From: an uncultured Methylomirabilota bacterium
GTDB lineage: Bacteria; Methylomirabilota; Methylomirabilia; Methylomirabilales; 2-02-FULL-66-22
Assembly: GCA_963705305.1 (NCBI GenBank)
Contig: OY970067.1
Location: 1,792,001 to 1,856,000 of the forward strand
Direction: 5' to 3'
Length of the DNA stretch: 64,000 bases
Position numbers and translations under genes: made by a program. Position 1 is the first letter of the stretch. Every line of letters begins with the position of its first letter. The notes under the pieces are model-generated. The model was not told the DNA's origin, did no database searches, and saw only the letters and a list, made by a program, of their open reading frames with translations. Positions 20,950 to 30,140 of the stretch are shown piece by piece.

Positions 20950-21651
20950 TCAGCGCACCCGAACGGGCGGTGGCAGGGCGTGGAGGTGCTGGCCGACGGC
21001 GTGCCAAAGCCGCAGCCGCCAGAAGTCTGCCAACCCCTCGTATTCCTGGAAGACTTGCCTGCGGCTCCTCGGATCCTGCCACCAGCGGGCGGGATCGAAG
21101 GGATCGCTGGGGACGGGGTGGACGATGAGTGAAACCGTTGGGTCCAACCCGGCGGCGAATATCTTCCGAATGCGAACGCTCCGACTTTTCGAGGTGACGA
21201 TGATCATTTTCCCCGCTGGATGCGCTTTCAAGAATCGCGCCACTGCCTGTATCTCGTCTTGAACAGTCTCACATCGATCTCGGATGAGGCGAATTGCCTC
21301 TGGTGGGACGCGCAGGGCTCCGAGGATCTGCAGGGAAATCTCCTGCTCATCGGGAAATCGGATCCCCGCCCGCAACAAGTCCTCCAATCCCGGGGCTCGA
21401 GGCGCGTTGCTGAGCAGGATGGTGGGAGCGATGCCCTCATGGTAGAGGCGCGCAGCCTCCGGAACTCGCAGGAACGGCTGGCCGCTGAGGACCAGAATCA
21501 CATCCGCCTTGGTCACGGGATCTTGACTGATCAGGTATCGGCCGGCCGCTCCCAGCAGGAGGGGGCCGCCGAGGTAGAGGGCGACCCCCAGGACAAGGAC
21601 CACCAGCAAAAGGCGGAAGAGCTTCCAGATCAATCCAAGCATCGCACCCAT
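20950..21651 (-). CDS. YdcF/DUF218 family protein
   Basis: N-terminal TM, KADVILVLSG, EAARLY, IIVTS. Confidence 0.8.
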   Translation of the reverse strand: MGAMLGLIWKLFRLLLVVLVLGVALYLGGPLLLGAAGRYLISQDPVTKADVILVLSGQPFLRVPEAARLYHEGIAPTILLSNAPRAPGLEDLLRAGIRFPDEQEISLQILGALRVPPEAIRLIRDRCETVQDEIQAVARFLKAHPAGKMIIVTSKSRSVRIRKIFAAGLDPTVSLIVHPVPSDPFDPARWWQDPRSRRQVFQEYEGLADFWRLRLWHAVGQHLHALPPPVRVR

Positions 21652-21691
21652 CGCCGCTGCGTCCCTCTCCGCGCCGGATCGCCCATGCCCC

Positions 21692-22231
21692 TCATCCTTC
21701 TGCGCTCAGCGGAAACGCCCGCACAATGTGGCTCAAATCCAGGGCCCAGGCGCTCGTAGCGGCCGTCTGCTGCAGCAGAATGTCCATCCGACCGATCGTC
21801 TCTCGCAAGAGCGCGAGGAGCACCTTCACGGCCAGAGGCGGCTGCTCGGCCATCAGCGCCTGGAATTCCCTCCGCCCGATTTCGAAGACGAGGCTCTGGC
21901 CCACGCTGCGGACGGAGACGGGAGACGGATCGTCGTTGAAGAAGGTCAGGAACCCCCCCACCTCGCCCGGCTGGAGTCTCAGGACCACACTGGCGCGCTC
22001 CCCGCGGATCCGCTTCACGTACTGGAGCTCGCCTCGAAGGATGACGTAGAGGATCCGACGCTGCTTGCGTGTACCCTCGGTCGCCAGAAATTCCCCGTCC
22101 GCCAGCCGGCAGATGCCCCCGGCACGGATCAATCGGCGCACCTCCGGCAGGGAGAACTCGCGGAAGAAGTCGAGGCACCGAAGTCGGTCGGGGCTGAGTT
22201 GTCTTGTCCGCGCTTCCTCTCTCGATCCCAT
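21692..22231 (-). CDS. Cyclic-nucleotide-binding domain protein
   Basis: LYVILRGEL..LQPGEVGG cNMP fold; no HTH. Confidence 0.75.
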   Translation of the reverse strand: MGSREEARTRQLSPDRLRCLDFFREFSLPEVRRLIRAGGICRLADGEFLATEGTRKQRRILYVILRGELQYVKRIRGERASVVLRLQPGEVGGFLTFFNDDPSPVSVRSVGQSLVFEIGRREFQALMAEQPPLAVKVLLALLRETIGRMDILLQQTAATSAWALDLSHIVRAFPLSAEG

Positions 22232-22575
22232 CCGATTCTGTCCTTGCCTGCCCGGCGTCAGGCCGCGCGTAGGATCTTCTCCTCGCATTCCGCGAAGCAC
22301 GCGATATCGGGCGGGCCTTGCCGGACGCCCTGAAGGGCGCGTCGGTAACTTTCGCTTGACGGCGGGCGCCGAAACGCGCCGGTGACCGGACCCACCATAC
22401 CAGAACCTTGCCGTGTGGGCCTCCCACCTCCTCTCTCTTCGGTGATCATCTTGCCGTGAATCAGCCGTTTTTTGCTTGTCCAGGAAAAGACGTAGTGGCA
22501 GATTTTACCTCTTCACTCTGCCTTTTCGACAGTCCATTTATTCGAATGAATCCTTCGTTTACAATAATTTATATT

Positions 22576-22591
22576 TGGCTCGGTTGATGCA
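22576..22591 (+). promoter_or_regulatory. Putative sigma54 promoter
   Basis: TGGCTCGGTTGATGCA gives GG-N10-GC, preceded by an AT-rich tract. Confidence 0.4.
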
Positions 22592-22669
22592 AAGAAGAAT
22601 TGTCAAGAAATCAATCCACCTGAACATTGACTGCCCGATGTGGACACCGCCCATTGCGGGAGATGGAAC

Positions 22670-22879
22670 ATGAAAACACGAGAATATCTGGCAATTAAGC
22701 GCCGAATAGACGACTTCGAGCTGGCCGAATCATTGGCCCGAACAAAATTGATCCAGGGGGCGAAGGCGGGGGATCCGGTGGCGCTCTCGATCCTACGCGA
22801 GCGCTATGGTCTTCGCCTCCCCCTGGTGGAGGAATCCCTCAAAGAGCGTGCCTCCTGGCAGCAGAACGCACGCGCTTGA
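22670..22879 (+). CDS. Small hypothetical protein
   Basis: GGAG RBS; lies downstream of the putative promoter. Confidence 0.6.
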   Translation: MKTREYLAIKRRIDDFELAESLARTKLIQGAKAGDPVALSILRERYGLRLPLVEESLKERASWQQNARA

Positions 22880-23095
22880 ATTCCGCAGCCGTTCCCCTGC
22901 GGTTGCCGGAAGGTTCGGATTTCTGCCACGTGCTCCTCCCGTCGGTCTGCCGTGTCCGTTGGGTAGCCTGGAGTTGATGGCGGCACGCTGCCGCGAGCGG
23001 CCGCTCGACGCGGCCGTTCGCGGCGCCATCACCGGCGTTTCCGGAAAATGTCTCCGCCGGCCGCCACGCTTCCAGCCGAAGGCGGCAATCGGAAT

Positions 23096-23908
23096 TCACC
23101 CCCTGCTCGCCACCACCAATCGCGTCGACGCCATTCGATAGAACCAGGGAACGCCGCCTACCGGAGCATCCAATCGCCGGAGGGCGCGGGAGATCCTCTG
23201 CCATACCGGTCCCGCGGCCCGGGGCGAACCCATGAGGATCCGCTCAGGAAGCAGGCAGTGAAAGATGTTCACCCCCTGAGTCCGCACGACGCGAAGGCCC
23301 GCCTCCCCCAGCAGGCTCCGCAGCTCTGGGTCGGTGAACGTCTTGCACGGAATATCGTTCCACACCCGCAGGTGCCCGACGCCTTTCGCCGCCCAGGCGC
23401 AGGCCCGCTCCGCAGGCTGGTGGAGGAACATGTCCAGCTCCCACTTGCCGTCGATCTCGAAGGCCATCACGCCACCCGGCGCCAGGACGCGGGCGCTCTC
23501 CTTGAACACCTCGCGATACGAATCGTAAAGATGCGAGATCACATCTCCATAGGAAAAGATGGCGTCCACGGTCCCGGATTCCGCTGGGAGGTTGGTGATG
23601 CTCTGCTGGTAGAAACGCACATTCTGGAGCCCGGCCAGGCGGCAGCGTGCCTCGGCCTGCCGCAGCGAGGTGCCGGAGATGTCGACGGCCCGCACCTCGT
23701 CCGCGTGGGGGGCCAGGAGCACCGTCTGCTTGCCGGTGCCGCAGCCAAGATCCAGGATGCACCGAAACCGCCGGCCCCTCGTCACCCTCTCGATTTCGAC
23801 CTGGTAGAGAGGGTCGCACGCCAGGAAATACAGCGAGCCATCGTACCCGTTTCCGACAGCGTCGTAAAACTCGACGATCCGCTGCTCATCCACCGAGTGA
23901 ACGTCCAC
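23096..23908 (-). CDS. Class I SAM-dependent methyltransferase
   Basis: ILDLGCGTG, AVDIS, RVLAPGG. Confidence 0.88.
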   Translation of the reverse strand: MDVHSVDEQRIVEFYDAVGNGYDGSLYFLACDPLYQVEIERVTRGRRFRCILDLGCGTGKQTVLLAPHADEVRAVDISGTSLRQAEARCRLAGLQNVRFYQQSITNLPAESGTVDAIFSYGDVISHLYDSYREVFKESARVLAPGGVMAFEIDGKWELDMFLHQPAERACAWAAKGVGHLRVWNDIPCKTFTDPELRSLLGEAGLRVVRTQGVNIFHCLLPERILMGSPRAAGPVWQRISRALRRLDAPVGGVPWFYRMASTRLVVASRG

Positions 23909-24111
23909 ACTCTTCCCCTTCCTCGTCCCTTCACGGCCGACCGCGGTGCCCGGCGCCTCTCGGATGTTGCTCAAACACCCCGGCATCGGCCCCGGCCTGC
24001 CGACGCCCGGATTCACCGGGCGGGCAGCCGGCCGCCCAGCGCCGACACGTGCGTCAGCAACCTCCCCAGGCCGCGTCCCGCCGGGAGGTGAGGTCGATCG
24101 CCCACTCCATC

Positions 24112-24471
24112 TCATCGCGGGGACGAGGGATCGCCACACGCCCGGCGAAAGGCGGCAGCCCTGGCGCCGAGATCCGCGAGAAGGCGCTGAAGGCTCGGGA
24201 TCAGTTCCGGCTCGTCCAGAAGCTCGGCATGGCGCGCCTTGTGGATGGCCAGCTGGATCTCGCGATGCATGGCCTCTAGAAGCTCCGGGTAAGGCACGTT
24301 CCGGCGGCGCCCGTCATCCTCGAAGTGATACAGGATGTCGCGTCCTCCCGCCAGAACGCCCACCCCTTCCGCCGACTCCGGGACGATCGCCCGGAGGTCT
24401 CCCCCCGGAGAGCGCTGCAAAAGCTCCTGCACGCGACCGTCCGGCGCCACCCTGGCCTCGTAGGATGTCAT
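24112..24471 (-). CDS. Hypothetical protein
   Basis: Part of a co-oriented run; start uncertain. Confidence 0.55.
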   Translation of the reverse strand: MTSYEARVAPDGRVQELLQRSPGGDLRAIVPESAEGVGVLAGGRDILYHFEDDGRRRNVPYPELLEAMHREIQLAIHKARHAELLDEPELIPSLQRLLADLGARAAAFRRACGDPSSPR

Positions 24472-24505
24472 TGCGTGCGCCACGCCGTCCCCGGATGCCT
24501 CCCGG

Positions 24506-24694
24506 TCAGCCGCGGTCAGAGAGCAGGACACCCGCATGGGCCAGGTTGTGAGCGGGCTCGTCGTGGACAATGACGTGCACCGCCTCCGGCTTGACGTTGA
24601 CGGTCCGGACGATGGCCTCGGTCACGGCCTTCACCATCTCCCGCTTCTGCTCCACGGTCCGTCCTTCGCGCACGGTGATCGTAACGAACGGCAT
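24506..24694 (-). CDS. 4-oxalocrotonate tautomerase family
   Basis: Catalytic Pro-1 (MPFVTI), GRTVEQKR. Confidence 0.92.
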   Translation of the reverse strand: MPFVTITVREGRTVEQKREMVKAVTEAIVRTVNVKPEAVHVIVHDEPAHNLAHAGVLLSDRG

Positions 24695-24776
24695 CTTGCC
24701 CTCCATTAAAAAAGTCCCCGGGCAGTGCCCCGGGACGGTGATGGGCCGGCGGCCCCGTTTTGCCCCCCGACCGCGC

Positions 24777-24923
24777 TTAGTCCGTGCAGTCCCCCAAGGG
24801 ATACAGAAAGCCGCAATTGGGGCAGGGCCACCTGCATCCCCGGGGACGCTCCGGAACCACGATTCCACAACATACGCAGCGCGCCTCGTCGCTGCCCCCC
24901 GCGACGCTGCGCGCAGCCTGCAT
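24777..24923 (-). CDS. Cys-rich microprotein (48 aa), zinc-ribbon-like
   Basis: GGAGG RBS; CVCCG..CRWPCPNCG..DCTD. Confidence 0.55.
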   Translation of the reverse strand: MQAARSVAGGSDEARCVCCGIVVPERPRGCRWPCPNCGFLYPLGDCTD

Positions 24924-25014
24924 CGCCCCCTCCGCCGGATGGTCGCCAGCCCGTTCCATGCGCCCCACTCACCGCCGATCCCGCGGCTGCCCCCCGAATT
25001 CGGCCGGCTCCCGC

Positions 25015-25155
25015 CTACGAGCCGGTCCTCGGGCTCTTCTCCAGGACGGCCGCGACCTTGACGGCCAGTTGCGGGTACTGCCGCAGGAAGTTCGCCGTCA
25101 CCTTGAGATCGGTCAGCAGCCGCCGCACCTTCTTCACATCCGTCACGGCCCGCAT
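25015..25155 (-). CDS. Microprotein (46 aa), not in the ORF track
   Basis: GGAGG immediately before ATG; MRAVTDVKKVRRLLTDLKVTANFLRQYPQLAVKVAAVLEKSPRTGS; high GC3. Confidence 0.55.
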   Translation of the reverse strand: MRAVTDVKKVRRLLTDLKVTANFLRQYPQLAVKVAAVLEKSPRTGS

Positions 25156-25218
25156 CCTCCGGCAGCCGATCGGCGCTTCCCCCCGGCGACCCTCGGCGGT
25201 GGACGGCCGGCCTGCAGG

Positions 25219-25359
25219 TCACGCCGGCTCGGCATCGGCCGTGATCATGCCGCTGCCGTCACAGCGTGCGCAAAGAAGGACGCCGTCTCCGCCGCAACGG
25301 TCGCATGGGGCGTTTCTGTCTCCCCCGCAGCCGGGGCACGCGACCTCCGCCATTCGCAT
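25219..25359 (-). CDS. DnaJ-type zinc-finger-like microprotein
   Basis: Three CxxCxG repeats (CPGCGG, CDRCGGDG, CARCDGSG). Confidence 0.55.
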   Translation of the reverse strand: MRMAEVACPGCGGDRNAPCDRCGGDGVLLCARCDGSGMITADAEPA

Positions 25360-25381
25360 ACCTCGGCCCGCGCTCCGCGGA

Positions 25382-25942
25382 TCAGCGGGCCTGCGTAATG
25401 ACGATGTCCACGCCGTGCGCGCCGACGGCGACCCGACCCGGATGCTCTCCCTCCAGGTCGCCCGGCTGCGCCGGACCGGCATTCCCCGCGGCGCTCAGCC
25501 GGGCGCCCACGCTGACTTCACCCTCGAACGGCGCCCCGGTCATCATGACGTCCTCGGGACCGATCCGATAGGCCAGAGGAAACGCGGGGTCGACGATGCG
25601 CTTGACCGCGAAGGGCGGGCCCGCTCCCTTCCGTGCAATGATGAACAGAACATGCGTCCGGCTGGCTCGGCCCGCCAACTCCGGAGCCACGGTCACCGCG
25701 CCGGTGATCGCCGGACCGCCGGTTCCTGCCACCGCGGTCGACGGCATGGACTCGGGCGGTTGGCTCGACGCCCCGGAGACCGCCATCTCCCCCGCCGGCG
25801 GGCGCAGGCTGCCGATCAGCACGACCACAACGACCACGGCCAGTCCGAGCAGCGTTCCGATGGAGAGGGCCCACGTCGGGATGCCCCGCCGGCCGCGCTG
25901 CTGCGGGGCCGGTGCGGGGGGCCTTGAAGGGCTATTCGGCAC
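25382..25942 (-). CDS. Membrane-anchored protein with CcmI/CycH C-terminal-like domain
   Basis: TM helix; LFIIAR..GPPFAVKRI..FPLAY..ARLSAAGNA..PGDLEG. Confidence 0.7.
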   Translation of the reverse strand: MPNSPSRPPAPAPQQRGRRGIPTWALSIGTLLGLAVVVVVVLIGSLRPPAGEMAVSGASSQPPESMPSTAVAGTGGPAITGAVTVAPELAGRASRTHVLFIIARKGAGPPFAVKRIVDPAFPLAYRIGPEDVMMTGAPFEGEVSVGARLSAAGNAGPAQPGDLEGEHPGRVAVGAHGVDIVITQAR

Positions 25943-26165
25943 GGGATCGTCCTTTGATGCAAGTCGCGCGGAGAATTTTCCCCCGCTCCGGTGGTCCGGA
26001 CCGTTGTTCGCGAGGCACGTCCGTCCCGCTGGGCCGGGGATGGCGCGGGCCCTGGTGGGAGATTCTAGGTCCTGCGGGGCGACCCGTCAACCTATGAGGC
26101 GCCGTCCGGCAGCCATGCCGTCCGTGTGGAAACCTTGTTTCCGTCTTGAAGCGAGGACCTGAGCC

Positions 26166-26477
26166 TCATTTGGCTTCCAGGAAGGACTCCAGGGCGCTTG
26201 CCACCAGTTCGGAAATGGTCCGTCCATCTCGCCGCGCCCGCTGCCGAGCGCGGCGGAGGAGATCGCCGGGGAGCCGCACCGAGGTCCGGCCGAGCGAGTC
26301 GACATCCGATCCGGGCGGGTGGATCGCCTCGGTCTTGCGGAGGTGGGCTTGCAGCCGGGCCAGGGCGATATCCTCGGCGTCCAAGGTGATGTCGGGCCCC
26401 GTGAGCCGTCCCCTCCCGTCGGATTGCTTTGCCGATGGGCCGCGGCCTTTCGCCCGTGTGGATCGTTTGGTAGCCAC
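26166..26477 (-). CDS. Ribbon-helix-helix (CopG-like) protein
   Basis: RTSVRLPGDLLRRARQRARRDGRTISELVASALESFL. Confidence 0.65.
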   Translation of the reverse strand: MATKRSTRAKGRGPSAKQSDGRGRLTGPDITLDAEDIALARLQAHLRKTEAIHPPGSDVDSLGRTSVRLPGDLLRRARQRARRDGRTISELVASALESFLEAK

Positions 26478-26639
26478 GCGCCTCGCCCCCCTCTCGCTCC
26501 GCCCGCGAGCCTGCGTCCGCCATCCTGGCACGAGGCCGAGATCCGCGCGAGACGGCGCATGCCCGCGCCGATCCGAACGCCCGTGCCCATGAGGCTGTCC
26601 GAGGTCCCGCCCCCCGAGCCGGCTGCCGCTGCAACCGGC

Positions 26640-26969
26640 CTACTGCTTGGACGGGAGTTGCTTGGCCACGAACTGCTTCCAGGCCTCCTCTCGCTCCTGA
26701 AGGTACTGGCGTTCCTCCAGGCTCAGCCCGGCAAAATCGGGTACCTTGTTCATCATGAAATAGAACGGCTCCACGAACCCGTACTGCAGGATGTTCCCCG
26801 CGGCACTTGCTCCCACGGCAGCCAGCCGAAACGGGTGAAACAGGAACTCGGGGTTTTCGGCGTTCGGAAGGCTGCCCGTGTCCTGCCGGACCACGGTCGC
26901 GGCACAGCCCGCCAGCAGACCCACGATCAGGCAGCCGATCGCCAGGGTACAGACGACTCGTGTGCGCAT
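26640..26969 (-). CDS. Hypothetical lipoprotein
   Basis: LLAGC lipobox; GGAG RBS. Confidence 0.7.
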   Translation of the reverse strand: MRTRVVCTLAIGCLIVGLLAGCAATVVRQDTGSLPNAENPEFLFHPFRLAAVGASAAGNILQYGFVEPFYFMMNKVPDFAGLSLEERQYLQEREEAWKQFVAKQLPSKQ

Positions 26970-27167
26970 TGCCCGTCTCCTTTCTCCTGCTCCCCCGCCT
27001 GCAGCTCGGACTGTCGCGTCCGACCGCCCTGCCGCCATCCGGCCGTGGCCGAATGCCCGAAAGGGCCTCCGATCCGCAAGGGGAACGTTGTGCGGCTCGT
27101 ATGAACACTCGCCGGAACTCGTCTGCCTCCCGGCCGGCTCGTCCCTCGAACCTTCCCTGTGCCGGCA

Positions 27168-27647
27168 TCACCTCCGGGCCCACAGCCTGAGCGTGGCCAG
27201 CACGTGAGTCGCGATGGAGACCGCCGCTGCCGCCGCCATCACCCCCCATGGGATGCCCGGCCCCCCCGGCCCGCGCAGGCCGGCGAAGGCGAACACCGCG
27301 GCGCACAGCAGCAGGACCGAGAGGACGCCCAGCGCGATGATCAGGACCCGCATTCCATCCGGCGCCGTGGGGGAACGCACGGGCCACACCGTCTCGACAT
27401 CCACCGGCACGTCTGCGGAGGACGCCGCGTCTGCCGGGAGCGTTTGAGACGGCGCACGCCTGGCACCGGGCCCCTCGTAGAGCGGGCACTGCTCTTGATG
27501 CCTCCAGTAGGCGCAGGCGATGCTGCGGGGGTCGTGCGCCCGCTCGCCCTCCTTGACCAGCAAGCGGCATCCCGCCATGATGGCCGAACCGTTCTCCGTC
27601 GATTCCACGTACCGGTGCCAGTCAGGCACCGTATGCCGGCAGCGCAT
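27168..27647 (-). CDS. Hypothetical membrane protein with Cys-containing N-terminus
   Basis: Two C-terminal TM helices. Confidence 0.55.
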   Translation of the reverse strand: MRCRHTVPDWHRYVESTENGSAIMAGCRLLVKEGERAHDPRSIACAYWRHQEQCPLYEGPGARRAPSQTLPADAASSADVPVDVETVWPVRSPTAPDGMRVLIIALGVLSVLLLCAAVFAFAGLRGPGGPGIPWGVMAAAAAVSIATHVLATLRLWARR

Positions 27648-27996
27648 CCCGGCTCCATTCCCCCGCTATCGGCCAGCCAGACTCCTCAAACGGTGGGGCC
27701 TGCCCCCATTCCTCGTCCCCCCCGGATGGAACCACCCGGCAGGATGGCCTTTCCGGCATGTGGGGTGCGAGGAGTTGTAACCTTAGTATCCCACTTGGGC
27801 CTCGTCAATGGAAATGTCGTTCTTTTCGGCGCTTCCCGGCCGTTCCCGGAAGTACCGGATTTTGCCAGGCCCTGACCGCGGGTAAATGTCGGGGACGGAG
27901 AGCTCCGCAATTGACTTTTTCACACAACTCGGGTACACAGCGGGCGGCCGCATTTGCACGAATGAACCATCTGGGCTAGAGGAGCATTCCACGCCA

Positions 27997-28302
27997 ATGG
28001 CAGCGCTGGTCAGGGCGGCGGCGGATGAAATCCCGAGCGGTCAATCAAAGATCGTCCGCATCCAGGGGCGGGAGATTGCCGTGTTCAACGCGGGAGGGAC
28101 TTTCTTCGCCGTGAAGAACTCCTGCCCCCATGAGGCGGCGAGCCTGGAGCGGGGTCGCCTGGAGGGCTCCGTCCTGACCTGTCCAGGCCACGGCTGGCGT
28201 TTCGACCTCCGTACAGGGGACTGCCTGGATCGGCCGCTGGCCGGCCTCCGCTGCTACCGGGTCGAGGTCCGGAGCGGCTCGATCTGGATCGGACTGCCCT
28301 GA
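27997..28302 (+). CDS. Rieske 2Fe-2S ferredoxin
   Basis: CPHE and CPGHGWRFD. Confidence 0.92.
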   Translation: MAALVRAAADEIPSGQSKIVRIQGREIAVFNAGGTFFAVKNSCPHEAASLERGRLEGSVLTCPGHGWRFDLRTGDCLDRPLAGLRCYRVEVRSGSIWIGLP

Positions 28303-28498
28303 GCTGCCCGCGAAAGAACGGCGCTGGGGCCCCCGGCCCGCTTCTTGAGGCGGGCGCGCGGACGCCGCCGGGTAGCCAGGCCGCCGAATCCTCTTCGTCC
28401 GACTGGACGCACTTGGCACGCGGGCGAGTCATGTGCTATAAAGGCGGCGGTGCTCCTTCCCGCTGGACATCCCGAAGACATCCGTGCGGCTGTCCCGT

Positions 28499-28576
28499 GT
28501 CCCCATCGTCTAGCCCGGCCTAGGACATCGGCCCTTCAAGCCGACAACGCGGGTTCGAATCCCGCTGGGGACACCA
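28499..28576 (+). tRNA. tRNA-Glu (anticodon TTC; loop CCTTCAA), attL of island 1
   Basis: Acceptor GTCCCCA/TGGGGAC, anticodon stem TCGGC/GCCGA, T arm GCGGG-TTCGAAT-CCCGC, encoded CCA. Confidence 0.93.
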
Positions 28577-28643
28577 CGTAAAGATACACGGAAGATCCTG
28601 AGTGCCCTAGGGCTTCGCGTCCCGTTCCGCGGGCGGGTGGCCC

Positions 28644-28844
28644 TTGCCGCCTAACCTGCCGGGCCTGCCGTCTGTAATCGCGATCCGCTGTGCACGCTGT
28701 CGGCGTTTGCTCGTCCATCAACAGGACGCCGACATCGCCTTCCACCTACGTTTTCTCCGCGTGACCCCGCCCGACTTGCATGCATGGGGGATGTGCCCGC
28801 GCTGCAAACTGCTGCAGCCTCTCCCCCTGATCCTCCGGCCGTAG
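28644..28844 (+). CDS. Possible Com-like zinc-ribbon microprotein
   Basis: IRCARCRRLL and CPRCK; start uncertain. Confidence 0.35.
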   Translation: MPPNLPGLPSVIAIRCARCRRLLVHQQDADIAFHLRFLRVTPPDLHAWGMCPRCKLLQPLPLILRP

Positions 28845-29318
28845 TCCCCCCATCGCTGGTTCTGCCAATTCAACAAGCCCTCCCTGTTACGATCATGCGC
28901 ACAACATGGGTGCCGGCCCCCCGGCACCCTGCAATGGTTATTCAAACCCCCAAGAAGCCCTCGGCTTGACATTCGGTGCCAGCGAGCCGGGCGAGCCTCC
29001 GATGGCCTTCCAGAGAACGGCTCGGCATGGCGGCTTATCCGACCTGCACCCGGGTGGTGATAGACACAGGAGCACCAGTCGAATGGTCCACGAATGAGCA
29101 CGGGCCGGAGAGGCTCGCGATCCCGGCGTCCGCAGCCTTCGTTGCGGCACCAATCATCTGCCGTGAAGGGAGGCACGCGCTTGGCAGGGGAGGCTGGGGG
29201 TGCTGTTGAGGAAACTCCTCAGGGGCCGCCCCCTCGCCTGCCGGGGCTCAGAGTCGCCCGAACCCGGGCGGCTGCGAGACTTCTCGGAACGAACCTCAGG
29301 GCGGACCAATTAGTGGGG

Positions 29319-29840
29319 TTAGGCCAAAACATCTGGCGGCCTTGCCGTAGTCCGCTGCTTGGTTTGGCAACCCGCGCAAAGCCCGCGCACTTCGATAATC
29401 TGTTCTCTAACCTGAAAACCTTGGCTCTCTACATGGCGGCGTAGGGCCTGCGTGGCCTTTGCGTCGCGTATCTCCATAACGTTGTCGCAGTTGGTGCAGA
29501 TGATGAACTGCCCGTCGTGGGGGTGGTCAACGTCAAGGCAAACAACAAATGCATTAAGGGACTCGATCTTGTGCACGTATTTGTGGGCCATTAGGAAATC
29601 GAGAACGCGGTAGATCGTGGCCGGTGTCTTGGCGCCTACGGTGGCGTCCAGTTTGGCGAGCAGGTCGTACGCACGGACGGGCTGTTCGCTGCCGAGCATC
29701 AGCTCGAGGACTGCACGTCGGAGCCTAGTGAGTCGAACGCCGCGCCGGCGACACTGCCCCTCGACCCGGTCAAGGGCGCGGTTGATGGCGGCCCGGTGCG
29801 TCTTACCCGCGGGTGTATGTGAAGCAGCCATGTACCACAC
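29319..29840 (-). CDS. zur: Fur-family regulator, probably Zur
   Basis: AYDLL, TIYRVLDFL, HKIESLNAF, CTNC, GLCAGC; near znu genes. Confidence 0.8.
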   Translation of the reverse strand: MWYMAASHTPAGKTHRAAINRALDRVEGQCRRRGVRLTRLRRAVLELMLGSEQPVRAYDLLAKLDATVGAKTPATIYRVLDFLMAHKYVHKIESLNAFVVCLDVDHPHDGQFIICTNCDNVMEIRDAKATQALRRHVESQGFQVREQIIEVRGLCAGCQTKQRTTARPPDVLA

Positions 29841-30140
29841 CTTACCTCCGTTCGATGTCTCTTGTCAAAGCGGCTCCTGGAGGGGGAGGGAGGAGCTCAA
29901 GGAATCGCACTAAGGCTCCGACGGTCCGCAGGGGAAGCCGCCGGCGCGCGTGCCCACGTCGCCGGGGAAAGCCTGGATTTCGACAGTATTTCCATCAGCC
30001 TCCAATTGATCCGCGCGTGCGAATCGCCCTCATTAATTCGCCCCATACGATGGCCGCACACCGCGTCGCACCGGACAGTGCCCCCTCGCGGCCGATGGTC
30101 TCTCGAACACGCGGACCTCCCACCCTCTTTGCATGCCATT

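Noticed and set aside
28499..28576. tRNA-Sec or UGA suppressor, given the TTCAA loop and selD in the window
   Set aside because: Short variable arm, 7-bp acceptor stem and Glu-like body; the centred anticodon is TTC
28860..29310. Short Cys-containing ORFs between the attP tail and zur
   Set aside because: Several overlapping frames with no RBS or motif to choose between them
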